From: Podarcis vaucheri
Lineage: Eukaryota
Length of the DNA: 64,000 nt
NCBI GenBank assembly: GCA_965113315.1
Contig: OZ220375.1
Reading direction: 5' to 3' (one strand)
The notes under the pieces are model-generated. The model had not been told where the DNA came from. It ran no database searches and saw nothing but the letters and a program-made list of their open reading frames with translations. Shown here piece after piece: positions 33,680 through 47,385 of the stretch. Each line of letters opens with the position of its first letter. Position 1 is the stretch's first letter. The translations under genes and the position numbers were made by a program.

Positions 33680-36600
33680 CACTCCGGGGCTCTCCCTCTT
33701 GCATTTTCTATAATACGCTTGCATAGTTCTCTCGGTCATATTGAATTTTACCCAGGTCATTACTTTGGAGGGGTGGGGGAAATGCCACGGCAAGGAATTT
33801 TAATGCAGGCTTTCCTCTCTGTAGCGCCTGCGACTTTTTTCCCCAGTCTCTTTGTAAGTTGCTCTTTGGCCAGTAGATGCTTATGCAAAAGAGAAATGTG
33901 CGAGGACATATGCGCGCGCGTGCAGATAGATAGACAGATGAATTTACGAATATGTGCACGTCACTTGAGCCTGTTTATGCGTGCATCTAGATATGCATTC
34001 AATAAACACATGCATAAATTATTATTTAGCTGATGTGCCCCCCCCTTTTTTTGGCTTCGGGACCAAAACTTTTTTCATTCCAAATTAAAACTTAAACACA
34101 CTTTCCTCACACATGAATAGGATCTATCCCCCCCCCCGAAAAAGAGGAAAAGAAACAACGACCACTGAATAAAACACAATACAGAGAAATGATACGGGGA
34201 TTCAAAGGGAGGGAAAGAAGTACTGTACATATACTGAAAACTCTGTGCCTTTTCCCATCACGAGCAAAGCTGCGGTTGAATGTCACCTACGCTTATGTAA
34301 TATATTCCCCCTCACTTCTCCCAGTTAAAGTAATTCCGGAAGGAAATTTGTTGGAAAGAAACTCTACCTTTGAAGCCACCAGAGGTGTTACCCTAACTCA
34401 TCAAAGGTCTAGCTTCAAGAATGTAATGGATTGTGAAGGCTTGAGCTTTCCAGGCCCGTAGCTGCCTATTGTTCGATGTATGTATTGTTCACCATCTATT
34501 CTACAGGTACACACACACACACACACACACACACACGGTGTGCTGCAGAGCAGGTTACCTGCTGCACGTTACAGAGGCATGCCATGAGAAGTCTATCGAA
34601 AAGTCAATTGGCATTAAATTATTTCTATTAATAACTCATTACATGGATTGTCTTGTGGGGGGGGCGGACTTGTAGAAATAACCTCTCGCTCTCATTTTCG
34701 CCACGAACGGGTTTTAAAGCTCGTCCAATAGCAGCTTATCCCCTTGTTCTCTCGGATTCTTTATCCCTGACGGCTCTTCCTATAGAGGGCTGGGCTATGG
34801 TGGCAAATTGACTCTTAAACGGTAGGATACACGGGGATCTGTACTGGGAGCAAAGGAAGCGTGTGCTTGTGTGAGCCATGAAAATTCATGCCGAGATGAT
34901 TTTAACCTTCTGAAAACAAACGGAGTTGTTACCCACTCACATTCCCCCTCCCTTGTTATTGCGCAAACCTGGAGCGGTGATGACTGCGCTTCAGAGATAA
35001 CTGTAGTAATTAGAGAAGCCTAGAGATGGATCGCCCAAGTTACGCTTAAAATGTAGCCCGTTTACAGTGATCTTTCATAAATACCAAGCAAAAAAACCCT
35101 CAAGAGTTCGTTACAATTAACCTGTATTGCTTTATGGGAGAGTACGCACGCAAATACACACCTTGAAATGCTAATATTATTATTTTTTGCTTTTGCATTT
35201 CAACCAATTTGGGATTAGATATCCGAATGGAGATATATGGAAACCAGCCATTTCTATGTGACGCACCTCTCAAGAAATGCATTTTGGATGTAGAAATACC
35301 CTCTTGCTTAGGATTGGGTGTGCCTTTAAATACGCGGACCACAACCCCCTTAAACCTCTTACTCCAAATTAGGGGCAACCCAATTTACAACTCAGTAACT
35401 CTGCTTAAACCTCCATCCTAACCACTTGGGTTTGGACTCAGTCCGAAACTTACGCCGCAGCAACTAGGGTAAGACAGCAACTTGTCACCCCTGGTTCTAA
35501 ATATTTACACTTAAAACAATAGGGTCTTCTTGACCTTTAACAGGACTTTATATCCCAGATCCTGAACAGGCTTTATTGCAAACGAATCTCACTGTTTTCA
35601 GTGGGGCTTGCTTTTGATCGTCAACGTGTTTAGGATCTGCGCACAAATAAATTAGCTGGTAGCCAGCTACGTGGATCTGATTCATGGAGGTTCTGCAGTG
35701 AATCGCTCCTTTCCACCTACATCGTGCAACGAGGCGGGGGGAACTGACGCTAAATTCAATTTAATCCGCTAAATGTTGAACAGGAGAGTTATAAGAAAGG
35801 AAGAACAGGAGCTCAGGTGCTTCTGCGGTCTGCCTGTGTGTACTTAGAATGGTTTCATAAATTTTCCTTCCAACTGTACCATTATCCTAACTGCTGAGAT
35901 CAACCCCTTCATTCGAAATTAAAATGATTTATTTATTTATTTTACTGTCGACTTTAATCCGGCCTGGTTCGTTCTTTATTGTTGCCGAATATATTCTGCG
36001 CCAGTAATTCGGATGAGGAATGATCCCCAAGCACACACGCATCAATTCAGAGGAGGTGCATGCCCTAACACTCTTGCAACAGAGTTTTAGAAATTAAATC
36101 TGCCAGCCAATCGAATATTCGATTCCTCTCAGCCGTTTGACCGAGCAATGTATTAATGAGCAGAAAACGGTTAATTACCACTGCACTGCTAAGCCTCTGT
36201 GAAGACACCGTTAAGACTCTTAACTTCAGTTATCTTCTTAATTTAAGAGGATCCTGAAGCAAGTGGACAATCCCTCCTAAATGTGAGATGATTTGCAATC
36301 GACTAAACAAAAGGCGCTTTTTATCAGAAGGAAAAGTAAACGTATTAAATGTTATTAATCATATTCGGGAATATGGAATAGTCTCTCTTCGAATACTCTG
36401 ACGTTGAAGGACAGTGTATGATTATCTAAAGAAAATGAATATAATAAAGTGAAACAAAACCCAGATTCCAAATGCCTTGACAATAAGCAAGCTCAGAACC
36501 CATCAGTATTGTGGGAGATCCAAGGTTAAGATAGTATCCGACAATTTATTTTAAGACAGTGTTAGTACTGCTTTCCAGTTTTAAGAGGCAAAGTCTCTAC

Positions 36601-37170
36601 AGCAATTAATTCCCTAAAAGACAAAGTCATAGTTCTTAACCCATTAATCCCTGATAGTTAATCTGTAAAACTTTACAGAACACCCCAACAGGAAGTTGCA
36701 TAGGAGAACTTCCGGGATGCTTCACATCCTATATTACTAGAGGATTAAGGCTGAAATTTATCCTTCGCAAGACCGAAATGAATGGGCGCTGAGCAAAACC
36801 GAGGTAGTTTTTTTAAAAAAAAAATCAACAGGGTTTGTTTGCATATGGGAAATGGATGCTGGACTCTCCCTAAATTCCCTACAGCTTGGAGTTTATGATA
36901 AAATCTTTTAGAAGCATTCTTTGACACATCCTATATTGTTTCCAATTCCTTTGTTTATTATTCATTTTAATGACGTGATACGTATTTTTATAGTTATTTG
37001 ATTTCAGAAAAGCATACATCTTTACCCTGGGAACACCCCTCCAACTTTGGTTCAGTGATTATTTTCCCCATGGGGATGTGTGGAAGATTACAAAGATTAT
37101 TTTAATTAAAATATTACATTATAAATGTTCGCTGTGTAGCAAGGATTTATTATGTTTTAATAATAATAAT

Positions 37171-37202
37171 AATCATAGAATCATAGAATCATAGAGTTGG
37201 AA
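37171..37202 (-). mobile_element. Extremely 5'-truncated CR1 LINE 3' tail
   Basis: TTCCAACTCTATG(ATTCTATG)2ATT is the diagnostic CR1 octamer tail. It is embedded in (TAA)n. Confidence 0.7.
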
Positions 37203-37978
37203 TAATAATAATAATAATAATAATAATCCACGTTATTGAATTAATATATTATAGCTCTTTAATTTATAGTATACATAGATGATCACAGCAGTTAAAGAGC
37301 TTGTACAGAAAAAGAAACTTTTCAAAAGAACAAACGTGTGTGTTCTAAATCTGCGCCGACTAGAAGGTTGTGATCCAGCAGGAAGCTCTTACGCGCAAAC
37401 GCCATTGTGGTGAATGAATGTAAGCACTGCCCCGATCCTGCGTAGTGCCCATTGACTCTAATGGCCCTTACCCAGGAAGAACTGCCTGCGGCACTGAGTC
37501 CAAACTGTTCAGTACAGTCGTTAGTTAGAAGGAGAGAGAGATCGACCCAAGGCACCTCCAACACCAAGCTCAAAATACTACTACCTCATCATCCCAGCTA
37601 ACCTGCCTGCCCCCAGCCTCCCAGCTCCACCTTGTCCCCCTTTCATAGACAACAGCTCTGTAACATTTTGAGTCGCCTCTCTCTCCACTTCCTAACTCTT
37701 ACCTCGAGATCGTATTCTCTCATCTCTAGCCAGTAAACAAGCAATGTCTCTTCCCCTCCCCCCCCCCCACGCTACACCATCACCCTTCCCCCTCCCCTCC
37801 CCCCTCCCTCTCCTCTTTAGCGCTGACATCCAGTCTATCAGCCTCAAACACAAGACCCGGTCTCGCACCGCCTAAACTTTTGACCCTCGCCTTTTTGACC
37901 CCTCGGAGCTATAATGGCGTTCTATCCAATCTACCAACGACCATATTCACCTCTCCTAGTCTTCAGAACCTGCGCAGA

Positions 37979-37979
<1 letters not shown>

Positions 37980-38057
<78 letters not shown>

Positions 38058-38059
38058 TC
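37980..38059. repeat. (TTTC)n microsatellite
   Basis: Directly visible. Confidence 0.95.
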
Positions 38060-40370
38060 GTTTTCCCCTCATTTCACTCAGCGTTTGCAACCCACCTCCA
38101 ATCCCTATATCCACCCTCTCCTCCCAAACCACACTTTAAAAGGGTGCTGCGTGCTGGGGGGTGGGGGTGGGGAGAGAACGCGAAGAAAAGGACAGCTGGG
38201 CTCGACGCCTTGAGAACCAGTTTTTCTTTTATTTGCCAACTTGAGGGCTACCCGCCGCAATAGTTGAGCCCCCTGTTTTCGCCGTTTTAGTGCTGGGGAG
38301 CTGCGCGGTTGCAGAAGGTGGCTCGCGGCTCCCCCCACCCCGCAGTGGGGAGGGCGTGGTTCGCCGTGCATTTTGGCGAAGCTTCCAGGGGGATAAATGA
38401 AGACTTCTTCAAAGAGCTCGCCAGAAAGGCTCAGGAAGTGACCCTGGATAGCTGCGGTGGATTGGTCTGAAGCGGGCTCTGCTGGTTATACTGAGTTGTT
38501 ACAAGCTTTTGAGATTTCCGCCCCCCCCCATTCCAATCTCGCCACCCCACCCCCCTCTTTCGCACACCGATATAATACTTCGCAGAGTTTATTTTAAGGG
38601 AAGTTTGTCCTTTTTTTGCCTCCATCTGCGAAACAGCAGCAGGACCCTCATTAAACCGTGTTTTAATAAATCCCAAAAGATCAGGTAGTGTTAGTTTGCA
38701 CCCCAGCCAGGAACAACAACAACCCGAAATAAAAACTTGCGGAATTGGGGCCCTTTAGAGTCCAGAGCTGAACTGGTTTAGGTCGCAATCCTACGCTTAG
38801 TTGCGAGGCATTCCCATTGAGTTTCACTTGGGCTTAGGTTCTGGGGGCAACCACGGAACATGCAAGAACCCTCTTCATGATATGCAATATTTTGAGGTGG
38901 ATTGAGCCACACTCAGGATAAACACTTAAATTACTCAAGTCCACTGATTTTTGTGGGTCTACTCTGAGTAGGACAACCGTGGGGAAGCACCCAAGAGTCG
39001 CGCCCTTTTTGTAATGTAATTGCCTCCCCCGATCTAGCAAAGCAGAATGAACATTTCATTCTCAATTGCACTGCTGTTGTTTTAAATAAAGCAGCCCAAG
39101 AAAGGAAGGACAGAATCATGGAAGGAAGATCTTCTAAATTCCTTTAAGGCACCCACCCCTCACACATATATATGGATAAATTTGGGGCTGTGAGACGAAG
39201 TGATATACTTGGGAAAGAGCATTAAAACTGCTCAGGAGCTGTTGATTTCTTATGAGACACAAATCAAAACTGTCATCTTCAAAGTTAACGTTTATTTCAT
39301 GTGTGGAAGGAACAGAGGGCTATGACCTTTGGATGAAGAATATGCACGTGCTGACCAATTACCCTGTTAACAGATGTTGGTACTATCATGTCATCTGATC
39401 AAACCTTCATCCCCCAGAAACCAAGCCGGCAACGTGTTTCTATAGGTCAAATGATTTATTAGGGAGTAATAAATATATAATCTCATATAAACGATACCCC
39501 AGTCTTCTTTCTTTTGTCCGTCCAACCAAGCACCAACCAACCAACCAACCAACCAACCAACACATTTGTATAGCAACGCCAATGCAGTCAAAGCGGTTTA
39601 CAATGGTAAGGAAAAATAGAGGAGGAGGGAAGAAGAAAACAAGCAAACTCAAGTACTATTTGGAATCAGCTCTACCACCTCTATTTGCTTGGGAATAGCT
39701 CCCATGAATATTCTGAAGCGTGTTTGAAGCAGTCAGGAAAGTGGTGATATTCGTTTCCTCTTCTAACAAGGCGTGTGCGGGTAAAACACCTACGAAAACT
39801 TGCTTCTCCATGTCACCTAGCAGGCTATATATTCTCCCCTTAACACTCCCCCCCCCCGCAAAGTATTTCTCACTTCTCACCTTTTCAACAAACATCCCAG
39901 GCTATCATCGTTGTTCTCCTTTCTACAGACTGGAGGGAGACTAACGCTGAGTGACAGCGGCTTGCCAGGTGCTGCCCAGAAAACCATGTTTGAGATTAGA
40001 TCCTGTCCAGGCCTTGCCACCCATCTTCTCGACTATGTTCTTATCTGCATATACTTAGTCAAACCAGAATAGGTGCTCGTTCGTTTGTTCTTAATTGCAG
40101 TTGTGGCGTTTAGGTTTTTTTGCTTTGTTTTAATTTCAACAAACCGAATGCGGTTCCGAATTGTGGCAATTTGGAAGGAGAGCTTACAGAAGGCGTGGAT
40201 GGTTGTGAAAGACCACTAAAACATGAGCCTTAAAATGAGACTCTCCCCCCAAGTACTTGAGGAAGAGTCGCCCATTGCATTTTGATTTGGGGCAGGGAGG
40301 CGGGGGTGGGGTGGGGGAGAAGAAGAGCTGGTTCTCCTATATAGATGCTGCTCTTTACCTCTCTGTCTGC

Positions 40371-40387
40371 TGACCTGGGAATGATCC
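40371..40387 (-). promoter_or_regulatory. DR5 RARE between HOXB5 and HOXB4 (DE-RARE-type)
   Basis: GGATCA-ttccc-AGGTCA has the same half-sites as the mouse distal element RARE (from recall). Homeodomain-type motifs (TGAATTATTGATG) lie next to it. Confidence 0.82.
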
Positions 40388-40623
40388 CGAGTTCCTATGA
40401 ATTATTGATGAGCTATAAGGACCGTTCCCCCCCTTCTTTCAGTATGCAAACCCCATTACACTGTTAAAATGGCGATTTAATCGTTTAGAATAGCTTTGCT
40501 TTGCTTCCTGCTCGCGCCCTCTCCCCCCGCCCCTCAAGACAACTCATTTGTGCCCCCTTTTCATTTAATTTTCTTAATTAAAATCCTTTCACAGATTTTA
40601 ATCCCTCTCCTTTTCTCTTCTGG

Positions 40624-40627
<4 letters not shown>

Positions 40628-40682
<55 letters not shown>
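40628..40682. repeat. (GA)n microsatellite next to the DE-RARE block
   Basis: Directly visible. Confidence 0.95.
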
Positions 40683-40685
<3 letters not shown>

Positions 40686-42894
40686 ACCTTATAGTTAAAA
40701 CAGCGAAACTGCTTTTTAAAACCAGTTGTTTTAAACAATCGTAAACCCGCCAGCTTCTATTATTTTTAAATCAAGAAGAATAGGAGCGGTATTTTTCTTT
40801 GGTGTTTTAATCCAGATTACAGTGGAACAAACTCAAGACAATTCAGCAACCACTCTTGCACCATGAAATGATGCCTCGTTGCGCAAAGAGAGATATAATA
40901 ATGAACATTATGTGGGTGGGTGGGAGTGTAGAAAGAGCGAGACAGACAGACACCTATGGCATCCTACAGCCAAAGTTAAGATCACTATGCAGTGCAGTCT
41001 CATACATGACTCGCACTTTGTTCAGTGGGGCTTACTCACAGGTTGGTATTGATAGGATTACAGTTTAAGTCCCGTTGGTTTTATTGATGGAATGAAGCAG
41101 GTGCCTAAATCTCTCCCGTTGAACTAAAAGGCATTTTAAAGTGCTCAGGTTGGTGGTATCGAGGTCCTGTTTTATGTTTGCTTCTAGTGCCTGTGGCCGG
41201 GTACTTTTTTTAAAAAATAAAAAGTCCCCTCCTATTTCCGAATTAAAACAGTTTTAAGCAACATAATATGGGCTTAAACTCCTCATCCCGCCATTAGTAC
41301 CTCTGGAAGATCCATTCTGTTATTTGACTCGGGTACAGGAAGAAGGCAGAAATCGGGAGCAAACATAAATTCTTATGCGATTATCTGCATCCTTTTCTCT
41401 GCCTCTTGCTTTTGGAAGTGTGCAGTCCTAGACACACATCCCTGAGAGTCCCATTGAACTCAACGGGAACTACTTCTGAATATGTATGGATAGGGTTGCA
41501 CTGTAAGAGAAGAGAGACTGTCTCCACCATTGCTATACTTTGCTACACATGCCATCAACTTGTAAGATGTGAGTTCAGGGCCCAATTTTGGATAGGAGGT
41601 GTATTCCCAGCAGCTGACAGGGGGGAAATAAACCACTTCACTTTGTTCTTAAATATCCATTTGTCTACGGCCCTGATAAACAATAACCTTAGAGTTGGGT
41701 ATCACCACAGGCATGTGGAAAAGTTAAATGTATATATTTAACCAAACATCTGTGCAAAAGCTTGGAATGCCAAAAATTTTGCATGGCATAAGTGCTTGAA
41801 TCTGCTCTCCTACAACACATTACATGACAATTGCTTCTAAGTAGGGATGAGGTGCCTGCAAGCCACAAAGCAAATATTTTAGAGACACTTCTCCACTCTA
41901 TCCAGATGTAAAAGCTTTGTTGCCAGTTTAGTAAATCTATTTCTTTAGCTATCTATATAAATATCTGTGCAGGTTATCCTCATGCATAGTGAGTAGATGG
42001 CTATAAGGTCGTGTGTGTGTGTGTGTGAAAGGGGGTATTCATACAATGGTTTATACACACACATGCGCCTGCAATGAATAGGGTGGACTGGTTATCATGA
42101 GGCCAACAGAGTTCAAGGGGAGTTTATCCATTGACTTCAAAGAACATTGGATCTGACCTTTTGTGGTCAAGAAGTCAACTATTGTCGCCTGACAAACGTA
42201 CTACTTAGAGAGGTGTATATTGGCTGGTCTGGAGCAGATTGTCTCCTCCTCCCCAACACCCCCCCCTTCACAATTTGTGAGGATAGACTGGAAAGATTAA
42301 TTGGGAAAGATTCGAACAGGATGCATAAAAGGCCCACTTCTGTTTTGGGAATCTGGGATCTTTGGGGGAGGGGCAGGGAGGATGTGTATGTGTGTGCAGT
42401 TTATTATTTACAACTGCTAATCACAGTAAGCAGAGTACCACTACTCCTGAAATTCACCATCACTGTTACAATAACTTTACTAGCAGAGGTGTACAAAAAA
42501 GAAAGAAAAGAAAAGAAAAGCCACAGTCCTAAATACCACCGGACACTGTACCTAACCAATATTATTGAAACCAATGTGTCTTAATTTTCACTTCCTTCTG
42601 TTTGGAATGGACGATTTTCGACTCCTACTACTACCCACCCCTGAATCTTGTTCAGTAGTAGCAACTTCTCCACTGCGTGATATCATGAAAAGAGGGAAAA
42701 AATGCAGGGAGAAACTTCAAAAGAGCAAATAAAATTCGGATTTGCAGAATTCGTGAAGAGAAAATATTAATAATAATAATAATAATACAAACTCCATTGT
42801 ATAGAATTGTATAGAATATGATATTATCTGCAAGATATGATATACGACGAGTGTTTCCTGTTTACATTGTATATAATTAAATTTCACTACTGCA

Positions 42895-42895
<1 letters not shown>

Positions 42896-42950
<55 letters not shown>
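42896..42950. repeat. (AAT)n microsatellite
   Basis: Directly visible. Confidence 0.95.
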
Positions 42951-42951
<1 letters not shown>

Positions 42952-45900
42952 CAAACAAACACGATAGGCAATTGAGGGTGAGCAGTATTTTCTGGTGAAA
43001 CCCTCCTGTATCTAGGAAGAATTGCCTTCCTGTTTACTCTCCCATGAAGACTTTCTCAAGCCGTTGCAGGGAAAAGCAAACAAACTAAGAACAAGGAACA
43101 AGAATAGGAAGAAAAAGATAAGAGAGGAATTTCTACTTTTCCTTACTATAAACTCCCACTGGCCATAATAAACACTGGCGTCTGTGGAGAAAGGAAAGCA
43201 ACTTTGGAAAAGACACCAGGAGAAGAAAAGTGAGTTATAGAAGGGAACTTTTGACATAACTCTGAATGCAGATGAACAGAGAATATGCACAGAAAACCTA
43301 AAGAATGTTGCCTCCTCTGTTGGGACAGTTCTCGCTTGCGGAAAGGATTTAAGAGGGGCGCGGGGGAGGGAGGTCTGGTTTAGGACTGCGGATCGGTGGC
43401 CAGGCTTAACAGATTATGAGATGTTTCTACTTTCCCTTCTTTAGATGTTTTGGGCAGGACAGAAGCAAGGGAAACACCCACCGGTCACCTTTATGAAGGT
43501 GTGGCCTCCCTTGTGCCGTCTTTCTTTCGACGCACGGAATGCCCTTCCCATTAAAATGGAACCGGATGGAATCAGCCCAACAAACACAACGGCCAGGATC
43601 AAACGAGGTGCTAGGGATGGGACGCTGGACCTGGTTCTCTTGAGACACCGCAGGTATCATCCTGATAGGATGCCCTTCTTGCCTTGGCTGTGTGGGATAG
43701 CAGTCCTGCAGCGTAATCCTAGTCATGTTTCCTCGGAAGTATGGCACACTGAGTTGCAAAGAGCATACTCCCCCAACTTACCTAACCCCACTTACGTATT
43801 GAATTTGAGTGCAATAGGACTTTACTCAGGCTTGGTTAAGACTGCCGTGTCAGCCTGCATAGGATCGCAAGCCTTCCTTCCACATATGCCTCAATACGCA
43901 AGTGAGAAATGTATGTAGGTAGGTGCATAGGCGTGGGGATTAATCGTACAGGCAGATGAATCACAAACATGCAAAGAGAGAAGTGTGGACTGGATAGGAA
44001 GAAAGGGAGGTTTGTGGAATGGAGAAACTCACGGATGGGTGGTGGAAATTTCCTTAGCAATAAGGTCCTCTGTTTTCCGACCCTGGAAACCAGAGATCTC
44101 CATTCTTCCCATACATAGGTATTACTCCTTCACTCCGTGCCCATAGTCTAGATTGCTGCCCAGTGTCCCAGTGCCAATAAATTGGATGGGAAGGAAAGCA
44201 ATGTCGTTCATATATGTGTATGAGCGCCCATACCAAACGTCGGCGTCCTTCCTGAGACCAGATACAGATTCGATGAGACCGCAGTATCTCACAGAACAGA
44301 TAAGAGTGCATGACTGGCGCACAGCCTGCGAACTCTAACCTAAACGGGTAGCATTCTTTTCTCTCTCATTCTGTGGAGATGTATCTATCTATTTTACAGG
44401 TGTGCATGCGTGTGAAAGCTGGCTTGTGGCAGCCCCTAAAGTCTGAATCATTTGTTTCGAGTTCAAGAGCACGATCCACTCAAGGCTAAAGTTCCATTTA
44501 ATTCAATGGAATATATTTAAGCAACTGCCTAACTCTTCAGTTGAATTACATGGGAGCAGGATGTGCTTAAGGATAGGTGGGTCATAACTCCAAAGGGTTT
44601 TTTCAGAAGAACAAAGGTGTACTGTATTATGTACTGAGAGACATTCGGAGTAAGGTTTTAGAGAATATGGTCTTTCCCCATTCAAGCCAGCAAGCTACCA
44701 TCACCAGGCACATTGCACAACTGCAGTCAAGTGTGTTCTCAGATCCTATTCTCAGAGAAGGGCACAGAGTCAATAGGGGACAGTCTTCAGAAACAGTAGG
44801 AAGGATGGTCTAAATGTGATAGGAAGGGAGAAGCAGCAAAAGTGGTCCCTTTTATCCTGCACCGAAAGACATGTGTCTACCAAATGTTACACAGCCCTAA
44901 AGATCCTAGCTTCAAGCAATGGAGGGGGGAGGGAGGAAAGGGGGAGAATAACACTTGGAAAATATTCCTCAACCCACAAAACCGCCAGAGCTCATTCAGC
45001 AGGGTTACTTACTTAAAGTCTATTTCAATGAATAGTGCTCTTGCCTAGGCCCCATTCATTTAAATGGAACTTGTGAGAGATAATTCAGGTTGGAAAATGG
45101 TTCCTTCGCACCAGCTCATTTTTGAAAGCGGGTGCAGAAATATGAAAAAAACCACACAACACCCCAAAACCCACAATGCCTACAAATCAGCTAGAAACTG
45201 TTCTGCTTATGGAAGAGCAAGGCCTCTTTGAATCTCTGATTTACTAGTAATTTCCATTAAAACGAAGAGGAGCGAGGTAGCATAAAGAAGAAGGGCTGGT
45301 AGCGAGGTTGCAGCAGAGTCAACATCTCATTTCATCAGTCCAAATGAGTTTGTGGTTTGTTTGTTTTTAAACGCCAACACACAATTTACATTTCAGTTCT
45401 GGGCTACTTTATTCGGAGGTAAGCCCACAAAGCACAGTGGGATATACCTCAGATATAAGTGTGCATAGGTTTGCATAGGAGACGACTGCATATACCATTG
45501 AAGTCTATGGAATGCAGCTGTCATTTTGAAGCCCTGAGGCTCCCTCTTATCTAAGATCCTATACAGCCCCTTATTCCTGAACGTAAGAAGCAAGCAGGCT
45601 TCAAAACTCAAACAAGGTTTGTCCCACTCCCTCCCTGTGTTTTAAAATATTTCATTTGGCTGATCCAACAACAAGAGTAAATAGAAGTTTCTAAAGCTCT
45701 TTGGCATAATCGCGTTAAAGTCCAGAGTCAAACAGCTTTAGGTCAAGTGCTGGATGTTTATGCTGAAAGCATCCTCAAGACAAGAGGATTTTTTACGTTC
45801 ATTGATCAGTATCTGGATTAGGCCCCGTCTGGAAAGCCTCTGCTACCTTTATGATGAACCTTTCCTATTTGGACGGAAGAAACGGGAAGTTTCAAACATT

Positions 45901-46437
45901 TATAGGGCATGGAGCAGTATCTCTCCCCTCCCTCCAAAAAACTCATTTCCCTTTTCCAAAGGCGCCTTGCTTCGGACAGAGAAGATTCCATAAGTGGGCG
46001 AGATGGAAACCTGCCCCATTTAACAAACTTTAGTCTCTTCCACCTTTATATCAGCCAAGCAACTAGCCTGGACACATTGACTTGGAAGTAAGCCCCACTT
46101 GATTCACGGTGCTTACTTCCGGGGGGGGGGGAAATATGCATAGCAGAGAGTTGCACAAGACACGGGGACGCACCACATAGGACACTATCCACGGAAAAGT
46201 ACATGCTCTTTGATCTTCATTTCCACCAGGCTTGCGCAGGAGAACTTCCCAGGCCATGGTTAGCAGCAACATGTGGAAAATTACAAATATACCGAGGAAG
46301 CGAAGGAAGATACCTTTTAAAATGGGGTGGGGGGTTGGGAGGCTAAAGGAAATGTCCCGAACGACAGAAATACTGAAGAATGGGGAGGGGGAGGTAAATT
46401 GTGAACGTCCAATGTTCTGACGGTAAGTTATTCAGTA

Positions 46438-46471
<34 letters not shown>

Positions 46472-47239
46472 TTAAAAAGCAATGTTGTCTCTCAAAGTCT
46501 ACATTTTGCTTTCCCAGCGTGCGCACACACAGGACACACAGACACACGCAGACAGAACAGCCTCTGTTGAAAGCAAGCCGTCGAAATCAATCCTACTGAT
46601 TCTGATAGGAATCACTTCTAAGTAAGTGTGCTTAAGACCTGGACATCAATACACGCCCAATACCTGAATACACCCGCAAAGTGCTTTACAAGAGCTACCA
46701 AGGACCTCAGCGAAGTTGTCATACATAATCCCCTCTCTCCCTCGAGCAAAATCCTTGGAGCACTCCGCAGTGACATCGCCATTCATCGAGATGGAACGCT
46801 TCATCTTATTTCCTCTTCTTCTGCTAACCATATGCCTATATACATACATACATACATACATACATACATACATACATACATAACGTGGGCCACTCCAAGG
46901 GAGTACTGGGGCCTTAACATTCATTTAGCTAAGACTGTACAGAAGCAAGCTGGAAAGAGAGACAGGAATCCCTCCCCCCGCCCCCCCGCCCAATCTCTAG
47001 CAATCTAGCCTTTTAAAAGTCATTTAACCAGATAGTATTTCAAGAGAAACTTACTTTAAGCTTAGCAGTTTCTAAGTCCTCTGGAGTAAACACTGAACCA
47101 TCAATGCTTCCTATTCCAGCAATGGAGAAGCCTTTATCTAGCCTGGAAAAGTGATCTCCCATTCCTGCCCCTCTCCAAGCCAAAGCAGGCAGTTAAAATG
47201 TCACTTAACATTCTGGAGAATGTGAAATATATTGTACAT

Positions 47240-47385
47240 TGTCAACTCCCCAAAACCATAAAACTAACTTTATGGACCTCACGTGACTTTTGAGAGCCAG
47301 TGAGGGGTATCTGGCTGAGGTCTGGGCGATTTTTACGATCTAACTTCTAGATAAAACCCTATCCATTTGACATCTTAATGTCACA
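47240..47385. promoter_or_regulatory. Conserved-looking element 3' of HOXB5 (Cdx/Hox sites + E-box)
   Basis: CCATAAA-N6-TTTATGG, CACGTGAC (47280-47287), TTTTACGA and TGACAT within 140 bp. Confidence 0.55.
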
